A DNA stretch of 64,000 nt from Vicugna vicugna (GCA_013265495.1 MU058844.1:4703535-4767534), one strand, 5' to 3'; shown: positions 37,973 through 50,949, numbered from the stretch's first letter. The notes: generated by a model from the letters alone, not told the origin. A program made the numbers and translations.

Positions 37973-38700
37973 TGTGTAGGAGAAATGGCTGGTTGTCCAA
38001 TGATAATAGTTTTTTCCTCATATGTTATTTCTTGCTGTTGTCTACCTAGAAAATGATTATATTTTCTAAGTCTTTGTATTTGAGGCCTGCCTTGTTCTTG
38101 CTAAGAGAGTACTACCAAAAATGATGTGTGCCACTCTTAGCCAAGAAAAAGGATGTGTTTTCTCCAAATATTCTCTTATTTCCTCTCCTGATCAGCTGTG
38201 AATGTGCAGAGTAACTTCGGCTCATGTATTTAATGTTGACATTGTCTGTGGTATTGGGTCCATAGCAGGTCCCCCCAACAACTTGGAACACCTGCACCAG
38301 ATTGTTACATACATAAGAAATGTAGCTACATTGTATCAAGCCTCTGACATCCCATATGCATTTATTACAACAAATAACATTCTAACATATGAGATTTTAA
38401 TATTAGGGTGATGCTATAGCAGATATAAAATATATAGCCATGGCTTAGTGGTTGGGTAGCTGTCAATAAAAAAGAAAGAATAAAGCAGGCTCGAAGTCAG
38501 GAGAGCCTGGTGATGCTGTGGAGGAACTGTTGCCTGCAGTAACTTTGAAGACAGTCATGTGACTTAATAAACCCAGACTGAGGAGAAATTGTTATGAAGA
38601 ACCAGAGTGTCATGGCCTATGTGGTTATAGTTTGTTATCTTAAGCAAAATGTTACAAGAAAGATATGAGCACAGGAAAGAATTGGTTCATTTTGGAACAA
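37973..38700 (+). mobile_element. Old MLT1 LTR followed by start of MLT1 internal region
   Basis: LTR-like to ~38390 ('aaatgatgtgtgccactct', 'ttgtatcaagcctctgaca'), then MLT-int-like 'gcaaaatgttacaagaaagatatgagcacaggaaagaattgg'. Confidence 0.6.
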
Positions 38701-39149
38701 AGACAAATTATATAACTATAGGTAAAATATTTATATTTTCATATCATTAAATTGCAAGCTTACTATTGCAGGTTTTAAAAATAAATATTTTATACATTGT
38801 AGAACAGATTTAAAAATATGGAACTCATATAATATTATATTTTTATAATTCTCTCTTTTGTTTCTTTCATATTTTGATCCATCAATTTATATTGTTTAAA
38901 AGGATTATGGTGAGAGTAATCTAAACCTATATAAAGGGAAAAATATACAATGTGAAGATTATAGCAAGACATCATATTGTTTTTTATGACAGAGAAATGA
39001 CTGCCAAGGAATTTGGAACATAGTATTTGCTGATTTTGTGAGCCATCTATTGTTGCACAGGGTTTTGCAATTTATGAAGTATTTTCATAAACTCGTTTGA
39101 TGTTCCACTTGAGCACATGAAATAGGACAGGAGTGACACTAATAGAAAG

Positions 39150-39549
39150 AAGGTTCATGCTAGGATTAAAAACACCCCTTTATCTGTGTCTCCTCACTTC
39201 TTGGTGATATGGAAACTTTTATTTCCTAGCATTCTTAGTAATTGGCCATGAGGCTAGTTCTAGTTTGTGGGCCAAGAACAGAAGAGGGATATGCATTTAA
39301 GAGCTGCTCTGTGATTTTTTCTGAGCTTTATTTCTCTACCACAGAAATAGTGGAATCACATGTTGGGATGAAGGGCTTTAACAAGAGAAACAGCCTGGAT
39401 CTCTCAGCCACTTTACAGAGACCAGTTGCCCTGGTGTGTTACCCAGACCCTCAGCTGACTGTATAAACTAGAAATAAACTTTAGTTGGGCTAAGATACTG
39501 AATTTTTTAAGTTGTTTGTAATATAACCTAGTCAATCTTATCTAATACA
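39150..39549 (+). mobile_element. MLT1G/H-like LTR
   Basis: 'cagcctggatctctcagccact...gaaataaactttagttgggctaagatactga...tctaataca'. Confidence 0.7.
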
Positions 39550-39779
39550 TCATATATTCATAAAACTATTTTGATTGGTCAACTTAGGTCTTTCTTCAGC
39601 TCAGAAATATTTTCCTTGACATACTTTCTTTGGTAATTATTTTTGCTTTATTTTGTTCCACAGTATAGGTAGGGAATAAAATTATGTTTTGATTTTTAGT
39701 ACATTTAGATTCCTTCTTTTGGATTTGTCATCTTTTAATGTAATTTCTTAAATTTTTTGCTTAAGACTATTTTAAAATT

Positions 39780-40330
39780 TATCTAATTTCTGGAGTTCAT
39801 ATTGTTAATTTCTTCTATCTGCTGCATAATATTACATAGTATGTATCTATCATATATCCATTCCCCTAGTGATGGATACCAACTACTCACTACATGAACA
39901 CCTTGCTAAGGCATATTCCTATGTGTCTCCTATAAACTAGTGGAAGAATTACTTGGCCATATACATATAAGAGTGGAATTCTTGGTTTGTATGCGTGTTA
40001 AATTTTGCTAAAATATTGCCAGAATTCTCATCAAAATGATTGTCCCAGTTGACACATCTAGCAGTAGTTCATGAAGGTTTCATTTTCTTGTTTTTACTAA
40101 AAACTGACATTATTTACTTTTCACATATTTACCACTCTGATGTATGTAAAGCAAATTATCATTTGCATTTTACTTTGCATTTCTGTGCAAAAGCTGATCA
40201 TCTCTATATTTACACTTGTTAGCTCTTTGCTTGCTCTTCTGCAAATGCCGTTTCATATTCTAGCTGTTTGAAAGCATACACTGTGTATTGGTTTTACACA
40301 TTGCAGGTATCTTCTCCCAGTTAACTTATA
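39780..40330 (-). mobile_element. Old L1ME-like fragment
   Basis: 'tatccattcccctagtgatggatac', 'gagtggaattcttggtt' and 'atattgccagaattctcatcaaaatgattgt'. Confidence 0.7.
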
Positions 40331-40979
40331 GTGTTTTTTTTAATTTTAATTTACTCTAATTTCTAGGAACATTTCTTGATTTTTCTCTTCTAACTTTACT
40401 GATAAGATTTTCTCAATACTTACTCTGCAACTTCCAATCATGGTTATAATTTAACAATTAACTTTTAAAAACTTAATATTTTTTTTTGAATTTCACCTGA
40501 TTTTCTCTTGATGATTATCTTCTCCGTATTTTTAGATACAGCATCTTCTTCAATCCAACTGAAAAATACTAACCAAAAATCTTTTAACATTTTATTCTGC
40601 TTCCAGAAATATTTTTTGTAGGTGAGGCATTTTTCTTCAATTTTAAAGAATAACCCGCTATTTTGAATGTCAATCTCTTTTCATAGTTCTAATTACTTTT
40701 CTTTGTAAAATGCTTGTAAATAAAGAATGAAATTATTTCTTTTTTCTCTAGCTCTGAAACGTATGTTAAAATTTTCAGTTAAAATATCCCACTTTTTAGG
40801 CTCAATTCCTCCTATCTTTTATTCTTCCCTTATAAGGGGAAGCTCTTTGATTTCTTACCTTCTATCACTTCCCCTTTATATTAATTTCTATCATCCAACA
40901 CTCTTGACAATACTGTCACATTCCTTCTCCTCTTTATTCAGAACTGCATAGTTACTTCTGTTTAATGACCTGCTCTGTC

Positions 40980-41357
40980 CTAAATGTCATGTTTCAAGCT
41001 CAACATTTTTATAATTGTTGGCTGTTTTTGCTCATTTGCATGCCTAAATCCTACTCACTCCTTACTGATTCTCCTATTTCGAAGGCTTCCTTAATTCTTT
41101 TAATGTGGCTTCTATACCCCTTACATCTTGTTATATAGCTTCCTGAATCTCCTCTTCTATAATGTCTCTTTCATTATAACTGTTTTCATTATATATAAAA
41201 TTTATATGTTTCACCACTACATTAGACATGTAAGCTCTTTGGAAAAAAATGTGATTTTTTTTCTTCATTCATCAGTCTACCCTCAAGAACTGTCTTGTTG
41301 CTGGACATATAATTGATTTCTGATAAATATTTGTTGAATGAGTAAATAATGAACGGA
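40980..41357 (+). mobile_element. L2 3' fragment
   Basis: 'ttagacatgtaagctcttt' and terminus 'ataaatatttgttgaatgagtaaataatgaa'. Confidence 0.65.
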
Positions 41358-42064
41358 TAAGTATAGGCATATAGCAAGCTTCCAAATGTCTTTTGAATCC
41401 TTATTCAAATCTCAGTTTCCTGTCTTATTTGGTAAGCTAGAAATTATTCATTGTAAATTTCTTTCTGGACATGTGGAAATCATATTTAGGAACAAAATAT
41501 TCTAAATACAGTAACACAGTGCTCTTTAATAAGTCTTTTCAGAAACACACACACCATAAAGCAGTCTTTTGTAATGAATTTCCTGTGTAAATCTTAATTA
41601 TTATTTATTTTTGAAATATCTCTGATATAATAGTTTTATTTTTCTTCCTTGGAAGAAGAAATAAAATCTATATAGCTATACAACATATAGAAGAGTTTTC
41701 CCCTCAAAGCATTTCATCCTAATGTTTTAAGTCCAGGTATAACCCTTATCAAAATACTTATAGAAATTTAAAAAATGGAAACAAAGCTATAAAAGCAAAA
41801 TAGGACTCTAGATTTTCTGTTCCAAAGGTATACAGCTCTTTAAAAGCTGTATCATCTTGAAGTTACCTCTATAAATGGTGTGTTTCTTGAATCTTTCAGA
41901 TGAAAATAATGACTTGGACACCTTAGAAAGAATTATTTTAAAGGCAATATAATGATATAATTTGAAAATATGCAGTATATAATGCTTGTGGGCATAAATT
42001 TTACCCAAGAATGCTCATAGTTTAAAAGGGTTCCCTAGGGAAAGGGTGTAGTAATTGGTAAAGT

Positions 42065-42622
42065 TGCTATTGTGAGGAGGGGAAAAAGGTCTCCATTCTT
42101 GTCTTACCCGAGAGAGAAAATTCACATAGGAGACTGAAAGTGTAATATAAACAGAAAATTTTATTAGTAGAGCAAAGGTTAGTCAAGTAGAGTACACCTT
42201 TGAGAATTGAAGAAGGGCCAACCCAAGAGAGGGAAAAAATGGCACCACTCCACTCCTTTGTTTCTCCTGTCATATCCTGGCTTAGAGACGTTCTCGTGAT
42301 TGATTGACAGCCCATGTCCCTTGAGTACTTAGGCATGCCCATCTCCTTTGCACATACTCTTACCCATGATGCACACAGAAAAGCCTAGTGGAGGGAGTGC
42401 CAAACCACAATACTAATTACATTATAATGAACATTGGATTATGTTGTCAGGTCCTTCTCTCTACTGTGCAGCTGCATTGTCTGATTCTAATCAGTTACTT
42501 TGTTGGCACTCATTTAGAGAAAGTAAAACTCTTTGAAGCCCCTTATCTGCTATCTTCTTGGTTGCTCCCTCCCCTTTCCTCTCCCCCTTACCTGGTGCTT
42601 ATTTCAATCTAACAGCCTAACA
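42065..42622 (-). mobile_element. Solo ERV1-class LTR, ~558 bp
   Basis: Minus strand runs TGTTAGGC...CAATAGCA; flanks AAGT/AAGC (3 of 4 match as TSD); AATAAA on minus strand near 42160. Confidence 0.75.
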
Positions 42623-43019
42623 AAGCTACTTTAACAAAGGTGAATCTCTGATATCAAGGAAAACTTTACTAGTATGAAAAGGAAGCAACTAAGTGAAAAA
42701 AAATGCTCTGAGTTAAAGCACAGTCTACCCCAGGATAAGTAGATTTAGAGTGGCAAATAAACCAGAAAGTGATTTTCAATTCCCTATATACTACAACTTA
42801 AAATATATTTACCAGTGAGTTGAGTTTGACCATCTCTTGCAAAAAGATGCTGTCACCTTCTGTTCATTTTTAGTGAGCAAATGCCCAATTTTGCCACATT
42901 CATGAAATCTAGTTTTACTCTGTAATTATGGATGTTAATGTTGTTCTTCATCTAGTCTTATGTGATTTGGGCCAATGAAATATGTCATTTGAACCTCTTG
43001 ACATAAGGAAGTTTGAGGC

Positions 43020-43240
43020 AAAGGGAAAAAACTCTAGAATTAAAGTCAAAATATTTGTCTAAATTCCTCACTAAGATCCTTATTGGATCCTTCAATTAAT
43101 AAGTCCTTAGTAAATCTCTGTCAGCCTCAGTTTCTTCATGGAAAATGAGACCAGAAACACAGCCTAGACTTATCAAAGGAGATAATATTTGTGAACGTTT
43201 TTAAGAAATTGTAATACATTTTATAAATGTTGTTATTTAT
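43020..43240 (+). mobile_element. MIR SINE
   Basis: 'aaatctctgtcagcctcagtttcttcatggaaaatgaga' core. Confidence 0.7.
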
Positions 43241-43407
43241 CAATAATTCATTGTCAACAATTAATTTGCCTAATTTCTAAAATTTCACCCTTTTTAGTTG
43301 ATCAAATTAAACATTTCTCTTGTATTACATGCAGAGTGGAATTAATTGTTGGAATAAAAATTAACAACTAACAGATCTTGCTAATTCTGCTGGGAATATG
43401 TAATTAT

Positions 43408-43728
43408 CACTGGCCCTCTGAGCTGTGGTTCTACATTTAAGGACTCAACAAAATGCAGATTGAAAATATTAGGGGAAAAAAGCCGGAAAGTTTCATAATG
43501 CAAAACTTGAATTTACTGCTTGGCAGCAATTATTTACATAGTATTTACATTGGATTAGGTATTACAATTAATCTACAGATGACTTAAAGTATATATGAGG
43601 ATGTGTGCAAGTTATATGCAAATACTACAGCTGTTTTATTTAAAGGACTTGAGCATCCATGGATTTTGGTATGCACTGGGGTCCTGGAACCAATCCTTCC
43701 TCACTCCCCTCAGACCCAGAGATGACTA
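43408..43728. mobile_element. MER2 (Tigger-derived) DNA transposon
   Basis: 'gttatatgcaaatactac...ggacttgagcatccatggattttggtatgcactggggtcctggaaccaatcc', ends 'gatgacta' followed by TA. Confidence 0.92.
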
Positions 43729-44484
43729 TATATCTGCTTTATCAAACTGGAACTTTTGTCAGTTTGAAACTGTATTATTTGATCCCTGGACTTGTGTATT
43801 TCCTGAACCAGTGAGGAAGACAGTATAAGGGCGTGTACCCTTAGCCTTACTAACAAGTAGAAACGTTAAAAAATAATTATAATCTCTTTATCACCATTAT
43901 TTCATAAAACCAAGACATCTTGATTATCTTCCTCCTCCCCCAAATAGGAATCTAATCTCAAATTAGAGGAGAGTCTGGACAGCATGGTGTAGTATGCTTG
44001 AGAAGGAAGAGGAAAAGGGATACCACTGTGACTCAGAGAGAATAGTTAATTTTAGAGACATTTGTGGCACAGGAAGATTGAGAGTTCTGTAACACAAAGA
44101 GAACAGGTATCAGAAAAGAGAAAATCTTCCTCCTATTATAGTGATGAAGGGATCCTTTTTAAGATAGGGAGCAAAGTGGGGGAGGCATGAATTGATTTCA
44201 GCAGCTTATAACCCAGTTCCTAACTGTGATTGGCAGGACAATTTAGATTCTACATAGATAGGATCCCAGAAATCCAACATAGATGTAGGAGTTTGATTAC
44301 ATTGGTCTTCTGGTTAAATTGGGAAACTTTCTTCACCTTATTTCTTCTAAAAAAATCTTTTCAAACTAAGATTACATTGAATAGTTGGTTCTCTTGCAAT
44401 ATACTAAAACTCATTTTTTGTTTAATATATAATTATAACTTGTCAGAGATAATTAGGTATTTTGTTACTATTTGGCCTAATTAC

Positions 44485-44731
44485 CTCATGTAGTAGAAAG
44501 GCTACTGAAATGGAAATCAGGAAACTCGTTTTCTATTCTCAACTACTAATTGATTGACTTTATGTAAGTTATTTGATCTTTCCAGAATAGAATTTTCATA
44601 ATCTATGCATTGTATGCTTCACAGTAGAGATTTTCAGTATCTTTTGTTGAAATGAACTAAGTCAGTTCAAGAAACTCTGAAAGTTGGGTTTGAGTTTTAC
44701 AGGTCTTTCTACCTCTAAAGTTCTATGATTC
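44485..44731 (+). mobile_element. MIR3/MIRc-like SINE
   Basis: Head 'tgtagtagaaaggctactgaaatggaaatcaggaaac' and tail 'aggtctttctacctctaaagttctatgattc'. Confidence 0.65.
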
Positions 44732-45451
44732 AGTCAATCTTGTGGTTTGCTTTTACTGTACTGTCTTCAAAGTTCTACTTGTATCTCTCATTTGGCTACT
44801 AACCACAGACTGGTCAGTTGATTCTCCTTATTTCTTACAGAGATGGTTGTATCAGAACATTTTTATAAATTTTTACTGCCCTTATTTTATTTGTCTTTAC
44901 TAATTGTAGACTCATATGTATTTGAACTTTCCTAGATGTTTTGGAAATGTGAAATACCTACTTTGTGCATTTTGTGGTTACTAATAGCCTTCCTGAATCA
45001 TCTCCACTTAGAGGTTGTTCTTCTAAGGTCTTTAAAAAATCCATATATTTAGAAATACAAACACACATGGAAACGTATACAGGTGCATATGTATGTATCT
45101 TTGTGTATAATATATATACATTAATATAATATGTACTTATATATATGAATGTAATACATTCCACTTCCTAAAATGTGATTTTTCCAATATTATTATTTTA
45201 CATATGAAGATTCTGAGGCAAATGGAAATTAAATGATTTTTCTAAAGTCATATAGCTTATTACTGGCAGAAGTAAGATTGTAACTTACAGAAACCAATCT
45301 GCATGCTTTTATGAGTACCATTTTAAAGAAAACTCCATTATGTTGCAGATTTGAATAGTTACAGAAATAAAAGACAGAACATTAATTTTGTTTAACCATA
45401 GTAACAAACATTTTATTTTGGATTATATAAATAGTTTTGGGGTGAAACAAC

Positions 45452-45925
45452 ATATCAATTAGGTATTACTATATAATGAACCACCTCAAAACTCAGTGAC
45501 TTCGAACAACACCCACTTTTTAATCATGATTCTGTGGTTTGGCATTTTGTCCAGCCTAAGCTAGGTAGTTGTTTCGGTTTTGACGGGGCTCATTCTCATA
45601 TCTGTGTTCAGCTGCCAGATTGATTGGAGGCTGCCTGTTTAAAAACAGCTAGGATGATTTGAATGTGTTCATGTATTTGCATATCCTCCTAGGCTTGTTT
45701 ACATAATAATCATGGGGTTCCAAGAGCAAGAGTGGACGCATGCAAGATCTTTTGAGGGCCAGGCTCAGAATGACCTGTGACTTCTGCTACATTTAATTGA
45801 TCAAAGCAAGTCATAAAGCCAGCCGAGATTTATTTAAGGGGTGGAGAAATAGTGGCAAAATTGCTATTCAAAAGGGAGTGGATACAGAAAGGAATGAGGA
45901 ATTATGGTCATTTTTGCAATTTGGT
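45452..45925 (-). mobile_element. MLT1H/I/J-like LTR
   Basis: 'aaccacctcaaaactcagtgacttcgaacaac' and 'cacttctgctacatttaattgatcaaagcaagtcataaagccagcc'-type blocks. Confidence 0.75.
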
Positions 45926-46074
45926 ATGAACAACTTTTCTATAACTGTGGCACCATATAGGTCTAATTTCATGGCTTCACTGAAAGGGGCTTAAGTGCCA
46001 AAATCACAGAACCTTTCTCTTTGGCACATCCTGGCATATACATTCATATACCAAGTCCTGGCATGGATGCAAAT

Positions 46075-46222
46075 TAACTGGTGATGAACATGCAAAATAA
46101 TAGAGCCACTGTGGAAAAACAGTTTGGCAGTTTCTTATGAAACTTTAATTATATACATACCATACAGTACAGTCATCATACTATTAGGTATTTAGCCAAG
46201 TGCAATGAAGACTTACGTTCTT
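46075..46222 (+). mobile_element. Old L1 ORF2 C-terminal fragment
   Basis: 'agccactgtggaaaaacagtttggcagtttcttat...catacc...taggtatttagccaag'. Confidence 0.75.
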
Positions 46223-46442
46223 ACTGGAATATATGTTCCATCTTTTGTGGAAAACCTTCTATATAGAGTAAACTAAATTCTGCAACTTAAAACTAAGATT
46301 AGTTTATTTCTCTTTCAATACATTGTTTAGTAGGCAGTCTTTTATGTGCTGATTGAAGGACCAGAGTCTTTTCCACTCAAGGCCTTTAATTCCTTGACTA
46401 TGTCTTTTGCATTTAAATAGGAGTAAAAAAATAAAAAGAGAA

Positions 46443-46656
46443 GTTGAGTTGGCAAATTAAGGCCAACGGCTTATTTTGCACCCCGCCTGTTCTTTTAAGT
46501 AAAATTTTATTGAAACACAGTTTGATTTATTTACACAATGAGTAGGGTTATATTCATGTTATAATAACAGAATTGAGTAGTAAAGACAGAGATCATATGG
46601 TTCTCAAAGCTTAAAATGTTTACTGTGTAGCTATTTATAGAAGTCTGCCAACTCAT
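46443..46656. mobile_element. MER58A hAT-Charlie MITE
   Basis: TIRs 'gagttggcaaa' and 'ctgccaactc'; 'gtaaaattttattgaaacacag' and 'caaagcttaaaatgtttact'. Confidence 0.8.
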
Positions 46657-47361
46657 AGAGTAGAGGAATTTGTGGTTTACAGGCCAAATCTGAAGATTAT
46701 CAATTTAAATGTAGCACTTAAGAAGTAGAATATTTTCCATCTCTGGTTGGAGTTTAGTAATATTGTAGGGCAACATTATAGACCTTATTTAGCTCTAGAT
46801 TCTTATAACAAATTCCAGACAAATCCATGAAATCCAATACATGTTGAATTGTAAAAGAATGTTAATGAGACACAGTTGTAAGTTATATGATGTGAATTGC
46901 TCTCCCAGTAGTCAGTAAGGTTACGCAGCTACACTGTCATCTGATCCTTGCTGGGTTCAGGGTATTCACTTGACCAGCGTGAGGCTTGGTGTGCTATCCA
47001 AACCGCATCCACTTACCAACTGAGCACATTTTTCCCTCAGTGCATTTCTTTGGATGTTCATCTGTCATTTAATCACTGCTATTTTTGCAGCTAGAACACC
47101 ATGTCTACTGCCAAGGTGCTAAATGTTAGTATGTAGATTTTGTTTCATTTTATTTTTTAATAGCTGTCTGTACTGATGGCATCTCTGTTAGTTAGGAAGT
47201 GTCAGTATGTGAACAGCTATAATTGTGCTACCTGATACAGGCAAATGCATACTGTCTTCATTACTTTCCCATCTCCCTTCCTTGCTTTTAACATTATTGT
47301 GTGTAGAAATAGGAGACTGAAGCCAAAATAGAGCTACTAATTGAGAGCTTTTGTCTAGAAT

Positions 47362-47567
47362 AAAAATAGGGCAAATTATGACCCATAGGCTGTTTTTGTA
47401 AATAAAGGTTTGCTGGAACACACGCTTGTACATTCACTTTTGTATTGTCGGTGGCTGCTTTTGCATGACAATGACAGAGCTGTATAGCTGTGACACAGAC
47501 CACAGAGCCCACAAAGCTTAAAATGTTCACTGTACTGTTCTTTACATAAAGTATTTGTTGATCTCTG
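47362..47567. mobile_element. MER58A hAT-Charlie MITE, second copy in the same orientation
   Basis: 'ctgtttttgtaaataaaggtttgctggaacac...gtggctgcttttgca...cccacaaagcttaaaatgttcact'. Confidence 0.85.
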
Positions 47568-48413
47568 GTAAGTTCATTTGTTCACCAAGCCTCTTGAGTA
47601 AATGAACTTGCCAATAAAAAAAACTTCTTCAATAATTTATTATGCATTATAAAACAAATTCAGACATTATGAACTAAATGTGCTTTATAAACAATATGAG
47701 ATGAGAATTTAATAAATGGTGTATTCTAAATCAAACCCTAGTTAGTCCTATAGCATGGCACCATTAGTCCAATGACCCAGAAAGTCAATGGTGGCATCAG
47801 AAGAAAAACAATAAATTGATTTTAGGAAAATATGGGACTGATGAATCCAAAAAAAAAAAAAAAGAATATTGAGCTGAACTCATGAAATAAATAAATATAG
47901 AGATTTCTGCAGTTGAGGCTGAGCATTTGTAAGTATGTTTATGCTTAGTAACACAACTAACATGAACACAACTTAAAATTATTTATAAATATGTTCTGCT
48001 GAAATAATAGAAGACATGTTCTATCTTATTTCTGCGGCCAAAATTACTAGTCCCGAGATCACTGGCCAGTATATCCACTGAGTAGATTCTTTTGCCTTTG
48101 TTATGGGACATTGTTTACCTCATATGGCAAAAGATAGACTTGGTTAATTATCATTAGAGGAGCACAGGATAGAAATGTCTGAATATTCCATTTCCAGAAA
48201 ATAATGTGTGCAATTTACAACAAAGCAATCCAAAGAAAGCATAACTTCTTTTTTCAGTTTTGTCATGAAACTTTTTGCTTGACATAAGTGCTTGTTCCTT
48301 TGAATTATTACTGTCAGAGATTGGAGAAAGCCTGCTTTCCAGGAATCCCACTAAGAAAGAAAAAGTTATAATTGGAGGTCTTCATAGTTCATCACTTTGA
48401 GTTAAAAAGAAAA

Positions 48414-48707
48414 ATAAATAACTTCTGAGGATGTAATGTACAGCATAGTAGCTATAGTTAACAGTACTGTCTTGTATATTCGAAAGTTACTAAGAGAGCA
48501 GGTAGGAAAAGTTCTCATCACATACACACACACACACGCACACACACACATGCAAAACCAACTTGTAATCATGTGAGGTGATGGACATTAACTAAACTTA
48601 TCCTGGTAATCATTTTTTAGTACCTACATGTATCAAATTATCATGTTGTACACCTTAAGCTAGCACAAAGTTATATGTCAAGTGTATTTCAATAAAACTA
48701 GAAAAAA
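48414..48707 (+). mobile_element. L1MA8/9-like 3' terminus
   Basis: 'ggatgtaatgtacagcatagtagctatagttaacagtactgt...tatgtcaagtgtatttcaataaaactagaaaaaa'. Confidence 0.9.
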
Positions 48708-48765
48708 TTATTCAAAGAAAGAGGAAAGTTCACCTCATGGGAGAAACCAAGTCATTAAATACCTT

Positions 48766-49017
48766 TTTGAAAATAAGCTCCTGGTCTGTTATTGGGCCTT
48801 GGTAGAGACTGGGTGTCTGATCATGGGCCACAAAGTAACCATGAAACCAGACTGCTAATCATGATCTGGATTCTTTCAGATGTCATCAAGTCACAGGATA
48901 AGGGAAATTCAGCAGAAATCATTGTAAGATGAAAGTGGTACATCCAAGACAAATATAAACAGGGCCATATGGCACAAATAAGACACAAGATCCGGTAATC
49001 CAGATCCCCATGTCACC
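48766..49017 (+). mobile_element. ERVL internal pol fragment (RT/RNase H connection region), decayed
   Basis: From 48766 translates FENKLLVCYWALVETGCLIMGHKVTMKP, then after frameshifts IMIWILSD...IVR*KWYIQD; matches the recalled ERVL pol FEKQLLACYWALVETE.LTMGHQVTMRP...WKWYIQD. Confidence 0.85.
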
Positions 49018-49029
49018 TCTGTCCCAACT

Positions 49030-50145
49030 CCAGATGGACTAAAGTCTGTCCCAACTCTAGATGGACTAGTCCTAAAATGTCACATGCAAATCCTTGAAAT
49101 TTTAAAAGAAAACAAAGGCAAGCTTCTTTCTGATCTTGGGTCAGGAAGAACTAAAATACAAATAGAAAAAGTCTCTATAAGATTGACACATTTGAGTATT
49201 TTAAGAAGAAGAATTTTTGTTTATAAAAAGATACTTTGAAGAAAGTGAAAAGCCACAAGTTTGTGAGAACATGTTTGCAACATATAACTAATGGTAGATT
49301 ATTATTAAAACTATATAAGAAATTTAAAAATCAATAAGTAAAAGCAACAATCCAACAGAAGTGGGCAAAGCACATGAAAAGGCATTTTGTAGACGAGGAA
49401 ACCTATTTGGCCCCAAATCATAAAAGACTCAAACCTTATTAGTGATCATAGAAGTGCAAAACAGGCAACAAAGAGATGACATTTTATTACCAAAAAAACA
49501 AGTCTGAAATAATAAATGTTGGAGAAATGGCAAGCACGTTTTTCTCTGTTGCTGATGGGAAAGTGAATTTATCCAACCATCTTGGAAAACAATTTGGCAG
49601 TGCCTTATGAGTGGACCGTCATATTCCCTACAAACTACCAACTCTTTTTCCAGGCATATCCATGATGAACTTTACATATGCACCTGGAGAGATGCAAAGC
49701 CATGTCTAAACAATGTAGTTTTTTAATAGCAAAACTTGGGACAAAACCTCGAATATCTATCATCAAAACTAGGTAAATAAATTGTAATATAGCCATGAAA
49801 TGGAACGATAAATTACAAATATATGAATGAAGTTAGATGAATGAATTTTAGCAATGCAGTTTTCAGTGAAAATAAGAAGTCTTGGAAGATGTCAACCATA
49901 ATAATACCTTATAATTGTATAAGGTTTAAAATAAACCCAGACTCTACAATTCATTCTAAGCAATACTTAAACATATGTGTGTATCTGATAAAATGAAAAA
50001 AAATTAAGCAAGGTATAATAAAGAACCTGGAATATTAGAGAGGAGGCAGATGTAGGAGATGAAAGAAACTTGTAGGTAGAATTATTTGCTTTTAGATATC
50101 TAGTGCTTTGCTTGGGTGGTGAGTTCACAGATAATCATTATATTA
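49030..50145 (+). mobile_element. Old L1ME-like 3' region
   Basis: 'aacaatccaacagaagtgggcaaagcacatgaaaaggcattt' and 'caaccatcttggaaaacaatttggcagt', followed by L1ME-type 3' UTR. Confidence 0.8.
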
Positions 50146-50206
50146 ATATATATATTTACATATATAAGACATAATATATATTAACGTATACAGAAAATAA
50201 GTCAAT

Positions 50207-50791
50207 TGTATTAGTTTTTTCTTATTAAATAAATTACAACAAACTTGACAGCTTATAGAACAACCATTTATTAACTTTAGATTTGCAGTTTGTCCCAGTG
50301 TGGCTGGGTTTTCTCATCAGAGTATCACAGAGCTAAAGTCATGATGTCAGCTAGGCTGGGTTCTTCTGTCAGGCTCTGGGGGAAAATCTGCTTCCAAGAT
50401 CTTTCTTGCTGTTGATAGACTTCAGTTCTTTGTGGCTATAGGACTGATGTCCTCATTCCCTTGCTGGCTATCTGTTTAGGGCCTTCTAAGTTCTTAGAGG
50501 CTGCCTGCATTCCTTGACTCATCAAGTCATCAGAGGCACTTGGAATGCATCTCAGGTTTTGAATCTCTTACTTGCTCTTCTGCAACTAGCTAGAAAAAAC
50601 TTGATTTTTAAAGGATTCATATAATTATGTTAGGCCTACCTCAGTCTCCCTATCTCAAGGACAACTATGCCATATCACAAAACCCATTCACAGGGGAAAA
50701 ATCCGTAACATTCACAATCTGACCGATGATGCAGGGTGGGTACGCCAGAGGACAGGAAATCTTAGGGGCCTTCTTAGATTCAGCCTACACA
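50207..50791 (-). mobile_element. MLT1E-like solo LTR, full length
   Basis: TGTATTAG...CCTACACA termini; TSD TCAAT/TCAAC (1 mismatch); 'aggctctgggggaaaatctgcttccaag'. Confidence 0.88.
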
Positions 50792-50949
50792 TCAACAAAC
50801 CAATAACGAGAAACCAATTATTGCGATTAATCCAATTTTGTGCGACAAAGTCTCATTTTAATAAAAAGTGAATAACTTGTCACCTATTATCTGATTGATG
50901 TCTGAGTCTTTCAGTTAGTACTTTATTGAGTTTTAACATTTAATTTAAG

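Noticed and set aside
38324..38334. AGCTACATTGT matching the 5' end of miR-221 (also short miR-181- and miR-15-like starts at 61101 and 13871)
   Set aside because: Matches stop after 10-11 nt, with no precursor hairpin; two of the three lie inside TEs.
46443..47567. Two same-orientation MER58A copies as a composite transposon or local duplication
   Set aside because: The copies are diverged and their flanks are not duplicated; independent insertions of an abundant family explain it.
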